From contig CM119372.1 of assembly GCA_051294905.1 (NCBI GenBank), positions 23,810,001 to 23,874,000 of the forward strand: DNA of 64,000 nt, read 5' to 3'. Numbering within the stretch: the stretch's first letter is position 1; every line of letters starts with the position of its first letter. A program made the translations under genes and the position numbers. The stretch comes from Botryllus schlosseri. Taxonomy: Eukaryota. This document shows, piece by piece, positions 51,873-64,000 of this stretch. The notes under the pieces are model-generated. The model was not told where the DNA came from. It was given only the letters and a program-made list of their open reading frames with translations, and made no database searches.

Positions 51873-52944
51873 CAGTAGTTCTTAACATTTTTCCTGCAGC
51901 GCCCCTTTTCTAAGACTGCCTACGTCTGGCGCCCCCACCCCCACATATTATAAGGAAGGCAGTAAAAACAAGGGGTCATAGTTCGAAGACCGGTCGGTCT
52001 TTTCGGGTTGGGACTTCCCTATTGGAAATGGCTTGAATCTCGCTCGAAGACCACACGATTAATTAACGCTATAATAATTGTATGTGCTGTATTCGGGATC
52101 AAATCAAAGTTGTTATAACAAATATCGGGTACGGGCTCATATACCATCTGGTTCGAGCCCGGTCTGCACATCCCGAATTCATTTCTGCGACTGGCAATAC
52201 GGGGACAGTAATTGTATTGGGTTTTGTTTTATTGCTTTCTGTGACTAGTAAATCAACTGAGATAGTGGTATTGCTCACATTGAATTTAGTTCGGCACCTA
52301 GTTATTAACTTTAACATGAATGTATTACAAACAAATTAAGTCACATTATACAACAACGTTCATGTGAGGTTGCCAGTCACAACACTTAACAGTATCATCA
52401 TTTATTATACGATGAAGAATTATTCTAAAATTTAATTTTGTAGCTCTCAAATACAAATATATTTAGTTAGTCCTTTGACCAAACAGATTCAAAGCTTTTT
52501 GTACAAAGGGCCCTCACTCTCAAAAGTGGTACAGTTCCTCTTTCTTCGATTTCGACACGCTGTGCGCTGCGGGATAAAATATCAAGTTCGAGCATTTTGC
52601 GGAAAATAACCCGAACTAGCGTGGTGGCAGTTTTTGAATGGAAAATTGGCAATCCAAAAGTACGCGCAATTCATTTTACAGTAATTATTATAAACCACTG
52701 CATTCATGGAAACATGTCGCAAACATTGTCCGTAAGCATATATTTTGTAAAATGTTATTTTGCAATGAGAACTCCGTGATATATAGAACTGTTGTACTGC
52801 GACGTAGTACTGTAGTACTAATGCACCTGATACTGCGACGCCAATTTATTCAGCCCCCCCCTCATATCGCCCCCTGAGCGTTTCCACCCCTTCAAAATCA
52901 AAATCCCCCCATGAGGGCGCTGGCGACCAGGTTGAGAAACACCG
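51873..52944. mobile_element. Charlie-like hAT with nested repeat
   Basis: CAGTAGTTCTTAAC...GTTGAGAAACACCG with TSD CTTTACAG/CTTTACGG. Confidence 0.72.
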
Positions 52945-53632
52945 CTTTACGGTAACAAAGCGAATTTTACTGCAAAATATAGCAGACATGTATAAGGAAT
53001 AAAAGAAGTAGCCTATTGCATTGCATAGACACTACCAGTAGCCTGTCACTACGGCAATGGGACTGGTGACCATTAAGCTATGCGATCAGGATTATCCTTA
53101 TATCAACGACAGACACTTCAGCAATAATTTAGTACACACAACAATTGATACCACCCATCAGGACTATGTACTAATATCGGATAAAAAATACCTGTTCTCC
53201 AGCATCGCGGCGACAACATTTCCATTGACGCCGCACCTCACCGAGATTGCGCAGCGAATCGGCGGCCGTGGTCAATGAATCATTAACATATTAAAAACAA
53301 ACTAACGGTCTCACTGCATGGTCTGCTGTCGTGACTAGACTAGGCGGGTGACTTTATACTTGCAGCGATCCTAAATCTTATCCGTGGAAACGGTGGCAAT
53401 TGTATCGCATCAATACAACAATTTCGGAACGATCACAACGTATACTGTGTGACTGCGGTTGTCGACGCTTACACAATATAGACACCGTATCATGAATAAA
53501 TAAGAAGTAACATCTCAATAATATTTTATTCTACGCGAGTGCTTCAGTTTCGCACAATTACTGCGATCTTTTTACGGTTGCTAGCAAAAACTGATGTGAT
53601 TCTTTTTCTGATAAAGCCAAGAACTCTCGCAA

Positions 53633-56152
53633 CAGGGGTGATTACTTCATGAATGTAATCGATTGCGATTACAATTACTGGTGAATCCCGCGATTACGAT
53701 TACGATTACAATTATAGCAAAATGAGGAAGTAGTCGATTACGATTAGGATTACATTTCAAAAATAATCACGAGTACTCACGATTACATTTCTTTTGCTTC
53801 TCAGAACTAATTTCAGAAGATATATTGGAAGACAATATAAGGATTGTGAGGAAAAGGTCTAATGAGATAACAACTTTCCATATAAATCATACGTCATTTG
53901 CTTGTTACGTCATAATGTACCCGTTGCCCAACTCTATGGAGGACTATTCGTCGCACCCAACGATTTGCATTCTTGCCAAGTCCCTAACTGCCGCACCGCA
54001 AACTCCCCAATAGGAACGGGAACGAGCTCTATGGGGACTCAAAAGTATTTCGTAAATCAACATAAATTATTGTAGTGTATTTTCAAGAGAGTTAATTAAC
54101 TTGAAAATTTTCTTCGAGCTTCGCTATTGAAATGTGTCTAAATAGCTTGATTTTGAAATGCATAACTCTCCCCCTCAAGAAAAAAGCATGCATAATTTGT
54201 ACTAGTAGGCATTTCGGTGGCGGTCATTACCCCGCCACGATACACCAAAAAGACATATGCAATTTCGGCCAACATGCAACTCCACAAAGTGTGCTACCAA
54301 AGAATGACCTTGACCGAAACTTTGGGTATGTGTCCATTGTCAGTAGCCGCGCTTGGTGGGCGTGACGAATAGTCCGGTCCTTCCAATCTGAGCCTCACAA
54401 TACCTATGCCACCCGGGGCATCGACAGAGGAATGAAGACATGTCAACTTGTGTGTGCGTCTCACGAAAATGTTTCTTTCAGTCTGCTACGCTTCGGCGAC
54501 TACAGTATCTTTTGATTATATAAAAGACGGGGGTGGGGGCACAAATTAACAACATACAATAAAGTAATTATAACAACATACCAGATGTTATAATTATGAA
54601 TTACGGGCCCCCAGCTCTACCGGTAAATCCGAATGAATAGCAATATAATGCAATTACCAATATTATTGACGAAATTCAGTCATCAACATGAAAACTGACC
54701 ACCCTATGAGGGCCCGATACCCAGGGTTGTAATGACTCGAGTCGCGATTTTTTGGTGACTTGACTCGAGTCATTTTTACAAATGCGTAAATTGACTCGAC
54801 TCGAGTCAATTCTTGTATTGACTCGATTTGTACTCGAGTCATTGTGCATGACTCGAACCAAGTCATATGACTCGACACTAGGACGGCCAAGACAGTCATT
54901 CCATGTAACTTCGAAGATTAGTAAAGTTACCACATGATTTGTATTTCGTCTATCAGTCCTGATACTCGGAAATAAGGCGTAAACTGTGAAAACTGATGAA
55001 AATTATGATATTATGAATGCGAGCCATTCTATATCCCTCGAGCAGAGTTGAAAAAAGGGGGGTTGAACCGTATTGAACTCAAAACTTATCAGTGAGCATA
55101 ATGAAATGGACTCGGACTCGAGTCAAACACTATGACTCGGACTCGACCTTATACTAGCAGACTTGGACTCGGACTTGACTCAGGGGGGAATTGAAAATGA
55201 CTCGAGTCAAAACTATAAAAGTGAGACTGACTTGTGACTCGGAACATTGTGACTTGGTTTCAGCCAATACCAACGTTTAGAGTGGGGAGGGGACGAATTG
55301 CTGTTTTGGTCCTGATTGTACCTACAACCCACGCTAACATGGTGTATAAGAAAGCGGATGGCTATGGCGACAGGTTCCAATGTCGAGTGAATAATTGTGA
55401 AATAACGATTGGTGCCCCTTTCAAGTAGAGTCATGGAGAATAAGATAAAGTGAACTTAATATTCTACCTTCCACTTAATACAGATACTGCAAGCTGCCGT
55501 TACGAGAAACGGCAAATAACGGCACAGTTATGATATATATATCAGCAGCTGTTGATTTTAACCATCGTAATATTTTATCTGACGAGTTCAAAATTTCAAA
55601 TCTTTGTACGTACGTACTACATAGGCCTACTGCTCGCCAAGTAGCAACGGTCTAACTGCGTTTAACTAAGCTTAACCAAGCGTCAATACATAAGTTACTA
55701 TTTCAAACTAGTCAGAGTGGTGATTATTATCTTGCTGCGAGGTAGTGACGTCTGGAGTGTATTGACAATCTGATATACAGCATGGCTCACACTATTCTTA
55801 CAATCACACAACAATGCACATCGAATATCTATTTACCACGTGTGGATACTTACGCAGTCACGAGCAAACCTTATACTTCTTACGTAATAATGAGCAGTGG
55901 CGTTTGAGAATCAGACGTTTGCGCTATCAATAACCTGATATAATATCTCTTCTTTATTCACGAATGTTCAGTTATGTCATAGTCGTTGTACCAATAAAAA
56001 GTAATCGTTCTTTCACAAAGAAATCGATTAGATATGTGAAGTAGTCGATTACGATTACGATTACGATTACTTTGATTTTATTTTCGAATACTTGAAAATG
56101 CTGTAATCGTCGTAATCGATTGCGATTACTAATCGCGATTACCTAATGTCTG
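53633..56152. mobile_element. (GATTAC)n-family hAT element with nested GACTCGAGTC element 54722-55263
   Basis: GATTAC arrays at both ends match the ends of 49850-49960 in inverted orientation. Confidence 0.65.
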
Positions 56153-57037
56153 CTCACGACTAGCGCAAAATATATTTTCAAGTTGAAAAAATCGGACAAA
56201 AATGATGGTTATACAACATCATTTATGAATTTAGCGAAGTGCGCCTTGACCCGTCACTATCTCTCCGTTCGAATCCGTTTTTGGTATATTGTGATAGTGT
56301 GGTAGTGACGAAAGCAAAAACTGCATCAAATATGCATCGGTACAATTGCGAATAAGGTTTCGTCAAATTTATCTTCTCGATAAAACAAATTATGACCTTA
56401 ACAAAATAAGCATGCGATAGGCCTACGTCGTTCAAGGAGAAGCAAAAGAGATTTCTAAGAATACCCGAGTATCACAGCAATCAATCAATTTTTGCGGTAT
56501 ATGTATGTATAACCATGCTACCTAATTCCGAGGTGAAATTATGATCACCATTATAGAATGACGTTGCTACTGATGCATAGTGATTAGAGGGAGTTATAGC
56601 CTACTGCAGCTCATCATTGACTAATTTATCTAGCCTATGCTGCGTTCGCTAACATACCGTAGCTATAATAAAATGCGATGCGACGGCGTGCAGAACCTCA
56701 AGCTAATTTCAAATGCATGCTTGATCTCACCAACTCATTTAATAGTCCAAACTAGTTGTTACTCCTAACCACCAGCTCTTAGTGACTCCGACTCACAGAC
56801 TGATAACTTACTACTGATCTATCGATCTCGGAACGACACTGGCACGATTGACTTGCGCCCTGCGCAAGGATGACACGTAAAACCGTGAGGCGTTTGATAA
56901 ATAAATCGAACAGTGGCGCTGAAGAAATGCTTTTTAACGACCAATGCTGCTAAGAAAAGAAATATCAACATTGTGAAGTAATATTTCTTGACAATTATTC
57001 ATTGACTTTTTGTTTCAATGCTACTAAGAGCCGCAGC

Positions 57038-57347
57038 TAGGGTTGCATTTAAAACAGATGGTGTTTTAAAACAAAGCCTTTTAAAAAAGAAAATTGTGTT
57101 GCTGTTTTATAAAAGTTGTATTACTATGCCATAATTGTGCAAATACTTTCCAAAGACTTATGGTATGTGACAGGGGTCGTCGGAAGAATATTTCAGTAAA
57201 GGAGCCATATTTACCCCACATCATAAATTGTCAAAGTTAAGTCACTGTGATATCACAGTTCAATATTCGTGACGTCAGGGCTGATTTTTTAAACATGTTT
57301 TAAACAAGGGCCATGTTTTAAACATGTTTGTTTTAAGTGTAACCCTT
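57038..57347. mobile_element. hAT MITE (TAGGGTTGCATTTAAAAC family)
   Basis: Perfect TSD GCCGCAGC. Related to 17642-18068. Confidence 0.85.
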
Positions 57348-57998
57348 GCCGCAGCAGAGGTATGACAAGAACTACACGCGGCTACGGAGCCTCGGGTAAC
57401 CGATACCCACTATGAATTTTTCAATGAACGATCATTAAATTTTTCACCTATAGTTTTGGCATGTCAAATGCCCGACTTGATTGTCGGTCACTAGTGGCAG
57501 AAGTAAAAGCTAACAGCGTCTGTGAATTGTCACACTGCCCATGACCAACGAACCAGGAAGGCATCTGACACGAGCACGATACCATAGCTATTCCACTTGA
57601 TTTTCAAAAAATAGTTAGACTCTCTCGCAAGAACTAGAATATCTTCGATCAAGGTGAGAAATGTGAAATGGTCCGAAAACCATTTTAACGTGGAAGTCTC
57701 TTAAATGGCTTATTACGAAACTAAACCGATACGTGCGTTAACATTGGGATATACAAATACAACACTCTCGAACATAATTTGAATTCGGTCGAAATTTTCA
57801 AAATCTGAAAACCATTTCAACTCGGAAATCTCCTGAACGGCATATTGTACAACTAAACCAATGCATACGTTATACATAACTCCACATGAATACATGAGGA
57901 AGTGCGTACTTGTATGCATTAAATAACGCGCCGTGTTACCTTAACGTATTGAATTACATGCTCCTGCATGTATTCAATTGTCAGCAGTTCCGCTAAAC

Positions 57999-58698
57999 CA
58001 GTGGTTCCAAGCCTTTTTGGATGTCGGAGCCGCATTTCAAACTTCAGAGTACCATGAAGTCGCATGAAAACACCCGAGTAGGCTATTACTCATAACGAAA
58101 ATTTAGAGGTAGCTAGCCTACCTCTGAATCTCACCTTCCAGATAATTCAAAAGCACGCAGACTTATATAGATTATATATCGGTTATTTTAGCATTGACAG
58201 ACGCAAATTGGAATGGATTGCTATGGATTGAAATAAACTAAAAATGCATAACATTATTACAACATACTATTATGTCGTTATCTGATAGCTCTTCATACAT
58301 TTGAGCAGTTAATGCACAAGTTTGTGGGGGATTATACGCTTAGTGATAGTGGACTTATTGCAATTTATACTTAACTATAATCCGTATTGTTTCGATGTTG
58401 TAACATTGTGTCGAAATTTTCTCTTCACAGACGATATATAAAGGTCTTTGACCAACAGAACTCCAGATATATCCTTGTCTGACGGGTAGGCCTATTAATC
58501 CATGTGTTTGGCACTAGCCTGCCAGAATAACTCTCTTGAGCGGATTTAGACGTATATCATATCCCTCATTTTAGCATTCATATACAGATATTTCAAGAAT
58601 TCAAATAATCAAATAACAACGGTCGTCTATTATATTATTGTGGCATATGCCAATCAGAGCCGCAAGAAGGGTACATTGGAGCCGATTGAAAATCACTG
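57999..58698. mobile_element. Charlie-like hAT MITE
   Basis: CAGTGGTTCCAA...TTGAAAATCACTG with TSD CGCTAAAC/CGCTAAAT. Confidence 0.75.
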
Positions 58699-58959
58699 CG
58701 CTAAATTTTAAAAAGTATTATTTCTGATAGAGCGTTTTAATAGTCTAGCCAACAACAAGAGGTCAACATAATCAATGTGAGCGATCATCCAAGTATAATC
58801 AGCTGATTCACGTGACTGGTCTCTACAACTGAAAGTCCGCAAGTGATGACTCTTCAGCAAAAAGTTGTTGAATTTTTCACAGTTTCGTCAGTCGTCACTA
58901 CATTTTGGCAGTCTGTTCAATTCCAGCCTCTGCAATTAATTTAACGGTTTTTCCGTCTA

Positions 58960-59400
58960 CGACACAACATACAAGCAATTACTTCCTGCAAGCTGTAACG
59001 ATGTCCTTCCTGCGTCGCGACTAAGCAATATAGCTAATCAATTTTAGTACCGCTGTAGCCTGTGGGTACATGGGAAGAACAACCCAGCGCTTGCAGGAAT
59101 GTGTTTTAGTGACACATCCCAAGAGATATTTGATCACGAACATTAGATTCTCTGAACAATGTAACCTAGTACAGGTACTGGAACTAAATCAGGTCGTGGC
59201 TATGAACTCTTCCGTTGGCAAAGATTTAGCTGAGAATTCAGCTTGTGCTCAAAACTATAATGAAGAGAGATATCGGGAAGAGGCTGCTCATTGGACGCAC
59301 ACTTTTTGATTTTACTGCACTCGAATGGACATTTACTAAAATCGCCCGACCGCGCTTATGTTGGCAGAAGGAATTTTCGGTCAAACTGAATATTGGTCAC
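58960..59400 (+). pseudogene. Heavily decayed Penelope-like GIY-YIG endonuclease remnant
   Basis: DVLPA...GRTTQRLQE..H, SSVGKDLAENSACAQNYN and ARPRLCWQKEF parallel the downstream copy. Confidence 0.7.
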
Positions 59401-60149
59401 TAGCTGCGCTCGCGGTTTGCCTGTATTGTGTGCTGTATTTTCCCCTTCGACGTCATAATCGGATGCATGCAATGCAGTTAGACGCACTTATATGAAATTC
59501 CTCATTCGCTGACATTCACAATGGAAAAAGAGGTTAACAATATATTAGCATTCCTTGATGTTGTTTTTCAAAAGATGTGTGCTAATCAGTTTACCATAAG
59601 CCTACATTCAGTTAGCAATACATTTCGTGGGATTCTTTCTGTTCGGTAAAACGTAAATTAAATTTGATAAGAACTCTGGTGCACAGGGCTCTGCAGATTT
59701 GTAGTAAAGTCAAACTTGATTCTGAATTGGAGAACATTCGGTCAATCTTTCAGTCGAATGGTTATCCTGTGATGATCATATCATTAAAATGACCGTGAAT
59801 CGTAACTTCATAGATTTCAGAAAAGTTAAACCGTTCGGACCTGGAAAATGTCCTGTTTATTTGCATCTTCCTTGGATTGGGAAAGTGTCCAACAGGTTTG
59901 AAAAACAAAATAAATCGTCAGTGAGGCATTGTTTTTCAGAAGTAGAACCGCAGATAATCTTCATGACGAAATCTCTGATGCCTGCAACGCAAAAGGATGT
60001 GCTACCTGCGACAAATCAAAGCAACATAATATATGAATACACGTGCCGATGTGATAGTCGGTATGTAGGTCGCACGTCTCAGCGCTTGCAGCAAAGAATT
60101 CGCCAGCATGTCCCACGGCAAAATAGAATATCTAATGCTTCCCCAACTC

Positions 60150-60584
60150 CTGTGGTGGCCCTACGAACGGGGGGGGGGGGCTGGGCGAGACTTACCGGGG
60201 GGGCCCCTTATAAGTATCTATCAGTAACCCCCCTTCCGCAGCGCTTATTAGCATCTATCTTTCACCACCGCAAAGGTTTGCCCAGGTGCTGGATTCGGCC
60301 ATGTCTATTTTGCATGTGTGCAAGGATAGACTATATTAAAACTAAGTAATTCTACCGCATGCAGAGACGTGATGATTTTCGGGATATGGGACTTTTCTCA
60401 CAAATGCAGTGATTTGATGATGATTGACACATCTGTACGGAATCATATTTTGCTTGGTGCACGGATTTCCATGTTTATTCGTCAGTCTCCTTGAAAAAAG
60501 CGCATAATCCAAATAGTGGGGTACTTTCGACCAGTGGGGGCCCCGGGCGACCGCCCACCTCGCCCACCCCAAAAGCCACCACTG
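60150..60584. mobile_element. hAT MITE inserted in the GIY-YIG region
   Basis: CTGTGGTGGC...GCCACCACTG with perfect TSD CCCAACTC. Confidence 0.85.
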
Positions 60585-61019
60585 CCCAACTCCATCATCG
60601 CATTCTGTTGACACACTGCTTGATTATGATCAAGTTACTGCTTGTAATTCGGCTATTGGATAGCATCTCTATATCCCATCCAGAATGTGCTGATCATTAC
60701 AATGACAGTCAATTTGCTATAGTTGCTCGTGGCCGTTCTCTTTTTCATTTGAAGGTCCTGGAATCTACGATTATAAAGCTGCGAAAGCCGATTCTCTGTC
60801 GCCAGAAGGAACGCCTCTACCTACACTCTTGGAATATTTCATTAATGTTGTGTGTTGTGTTCTCGGTTATATCTATAACCAAATATGTAATCGTTAACGT
60901 TTGTTTTGTACCGTTACCACCGTATCTTGCCCGTCTACTAGTTGCTTGTTTTTGTTGTTATTACGTCATACAGACAAAATAGTTCTTACATTTCGAATTT
61001 GATTCACCCTATCACTGAC

Positions 61020-61061
61020 GTTCGCTACTGATGAGATTCAGTCGAAAAGCTTTTAGCGAAT
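61020..61061 (+). ncRNA. Minimal type I hammerhead ribozyme in the Penelope terminal region
   Basis: Stem I TTCGCTA/TAGCGAA, core CTGATGA, stem II GA-ttcag-TC, GAAA, palindromic AGCT, then TT (UH). Confidence 0.82.
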
Positions 61062-61389
61062 ACATTAACAATATGACTTTATTGTTTCGCGTTATTCTGA
61101 AGTTCTGTACCACAAATGGCTTGTTCGCTGACAATTGCCCCTAAAGAGAGTCAGCTAGAAAAGCTTCGGTTAATAATATATTTACATAATGAATATTTTA
61201 CTCAAATGTATGCACTGTAAAAGTATGTCAACATAATTCATTCAGATCTCCTACTTTTTGGGATGGAGCGAGTTGACTCAGTCAGCGGTTCCATCACCTC
61301 TTTTATAGTCGTGTCGCAAAACCGTATCCGTGGAAATCCATGTGGTGATAAACTAATAGTGAATCAATTTAGAAGCATCCGCCGCCGGT

Positions 61390-61695
61390 TTGTTTGTTTT
61401 ATTACATCATTGGCGCTTATCGCACATATGGTTATTTGCGCCCAGCACATGAATTGCATTAACACAATGTCTTTAGCGTTCTTGCTTCGTCTTTCTGGTC
61501 ATTAGCTGCCATCTTTCCAGAGTTCGGCTCTCTCTTCTTCTGGGCTTTTCAAGGCGCTGTATATACAGCGAGATCGGCGATGAGGAGCCAAGATAAACCT
61601 CCGACACATAGAAACATGGCAGAGCCGTGACTCGAACCACCAACCATTGGTGTCGTGACAGCAGTGTTTAACCAACTGCGCCACTCGCTTCCCCG
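61390..61695 (-). mobile_element. tRNA-derived SINE family 2
   Basis: A box TGGCGCAGTTGG, B box GGTTCGAGTCA, AAAC tail and 13-bp TSD ATCCGCCGCCGGT (61377-61389, 61696-61708). Confidence 0.88.
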
Positions 61696-62835
61696 ATCCG
61701 CCGCCGGTGTTTACAGATAAGAATCTTGTACACAAGGCATTAGTGCGGGTCGGATGGACAAATTTCCTGGTCCGACTCCGATCCGACTCCTGGGCAAGAT
61801 TCTTGAAATGACAGTGATCCGATCCTAAAACTCAGATAATAATCATTTGCGACTATATATTTCTAGTGAACTACAAAAACAGTAGATCTCACGGTACGGG
61901 ATGCAGGATGTGGCAACAAAAGAAACATGACCTTGAAAACTCCCAGGTTCGAATTGAATATTGAAACTAACACACTATATACAGGATTGTGGTTGGTGAG
62001 TTCTAGTTACAACAGCCTTGCTCATCAATGACAATTCTGACCGAAGCTTGGGAACCGAAGGTGATAGTGCATGGTTTGTAACTGGATTCGAGCGGCGATT
62101 TATTTGTGCGTATTCGATGAGAGGTGGGCAAACTATGGCCCATCGAGACGTTTTGTACAGCCTGCGAAAGTATGAAGAAGGAATAAAAATAAGTTCGTAA
62201 AAATTAATGGAAAATCAAATTGATTACAACTCCATCCAACTAAAACGTTTTGCGTTACATCTTGTTAAACACAACTTATTTAGTATGTTATCGTATCCCA
62301 GATGTTATTTTGATTTGCAGGTATGGAATAGATATCTCTTACTGTGACAGAATGATTTATGATTGGCAATCGCCGGTAGCTGTTTAGCCAAGAAAGTTGT
62401 TTTTTCCGTTGAGGCACTGCGATGGAGCTCCGGAGAACTTCCGATACCACCAATGTCCTCCACATTTTAGGGCAAATAATTATACCTCTTCAGCCATGTT
62501 CATGCCACACAGTTAATGAGTCAAAGTGTTACGCGTGTTCGATTCACGGTGTTTTTCCCGCGAACACGCTTTTCTGGCAAATTTAAGGCTGGAATTGCAC
62601 ATATTTTCAAATTGGTTGTTGTTCGTCCTGTCGTCAAAAACAAATGTTAGTGCAAAAACAGGTACTTTGAACAAATGCGCATATATGCTAGTCAGAAGTA
62701 TTGCCACACTCTGGTATGCAGCATCATCTCATGCTGACACAGTCAACCATTGATCTGTGAACAAATGAGAACAAGGTGCATGAGATATCACTCCAGATCA
62801 ATTGGAACACCATACCGACGGTGCTCGATCTAGTG

Positions 62836-63209
62836 CAGTGGTTCCCAACCATTTTCGACTCATCGCCCCTCTATCAAGCTCGACACAAATTTTCTCCCCC
62901 TTACTTATCCCAAAAAGAGGATATAGAAACGGGAATTTTATTCACCCAACTCTGATAAGAACAGGTCATTTGTCCGAGTAGGTACTCGGAAACCAGTTTA
63001 CGCGTCTATTTTCCGTTGAGTCGACCTTTTTTTAATCAACTTTAGCTCCATATCCAGAATTAGCCGTCTTCACGTGAATTTATTGGCTATGTTAAGTAAA
63101 TATATCTCACTGGACGTTCTAAACTTTTCGCCCCCTATCGCCCCCCAGTCGCCTCATTTGGTATTTTCGCCCTCTTGTTTCTCAAAGTCGCCCTCGTTGG
63201 GAACCACTG
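62836..63209 (+). mobile_element. Charlie-like MITE
   Basis: Perfect TIR CAGTGGTTCCCAAC and perfect TSD ATCTAGTG. Confidence 0.9.
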
Positions 63210-64000
63210 ATCTAGTGCATTGTTTTGCTTATGCAATGAAGACTTTCATCTTGAATGGCAAGAGGGAAAGTTTCAACGACCTGACCCGGAAAGGAAGTTA
63301 TATACTAGTATAATAATACAGCTGTCGCTTAGTATAGGTCTCTTCGAATTTTGAGGTTGGCAATAAGATTACTCACATAAGTACCTTGAACAAGGCAGGA
63401 GTCGGGAACCTATGGCTCGCGAGCCATATATGGCTCATTTTGTGATTAAATATGGCTATTTGAAAAAATTATAATTTGGCACTTTCTTTGCATTTTATTG
63501 ATCGATATTATTGCTGCAAGTTTTTGGTGAATTTTCATTACGACCTGGATAATTATTCTTGTTGTAGCTAAGATAGGGTTACCATATTTCTGTAATCCAA
63601 ATTCCGGACACTCTTTAGCGCCCACTACTGGATTTCAAAATGAGCTGTGACGTCACACTAGCAACGCTTTACTCATAGACCAGAGGTGGTCACGATCCGG
63701 TTCAGGAGTATATGGCTGTGTGTTGGGTGTAACCGGGACCGAAACCACTTTTTTCCATCCCCTTCCCGCCCAAATAAACAATGATTTTGAGCCCACCATA
63801 GGGTAATCGATGCCACTTTCGGGGAGGGGGTGCTGTATGATTCTATATGCATCTGGTCGTTAAATTTTTTTGAATGAATTCTGTCAATAATATTGGTTGT
63901 TCCATAAATTACTATATAGTTACTACTCTCCGCCCGCATGATCAGAGTTAGCGGTAGAGCTGGTGGAGGATGATGAATTCGAAAATACGGGGAGCGTAAT

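Larger units (their letters stand above)
59505..61100 (+). mobile_element. 5'-truncated Penelope-like retroelement (RT C-terminus, GIY-YIG endonuclease, 3' terminal region)
   Basis: FTMEKE..LAFLDV, RTLVHRALQICS..NGYP, LPWIG, NIIYEYTCRCDSRYVGRTSQRLQQRIRQH and LESTIIKLRKPILCRQKE. Frameshifted. Confidence 0.9.

Overview
This is AT-rich eukaryotic (metazoan) DNA with spliceosomal introns and a very dense transposon load; an invertebrate such as a tunicate is plausible but cannot be shown from sequence alone. It is not prokaryotic, and nearly all ORF-track entries are spurious. One host gene is supported: a minus-strand secreted von Willebrand factor A (VWA) protein with a signal-peptide exon and three VWA exons (intact MIDAS) at 25753->1, continuing past the window start. 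Its 465 coding bp span about 25.7 kb. The rest is nested mobile DNA: many non-autonomous hAT elements with readable 8-bp target-site duplications (TSDs), three decayed hAT transposase remnants, Kolobok-like, TA-targeting and CACTA-like TIR elements, two tRNA-derived SINE families with a shared core, a fragmented CR1/L2-group LINE, a ~150-bp satellite and two tandem Penelope-like (GIY-YIG) remnants. The most notable observations are a gene-less Polinton/Maverick-type element (AGTAGT termini, ~400-bp TIRs, 6-bp TSD), a minimal hammerhead ribozyme at the 3' end of a Penelope element, hAT elements reusing an existing TSD as their target, and a composite hAT-in-hAT element that moved as a unit. All coordinates were read by eye and no database searches were run.
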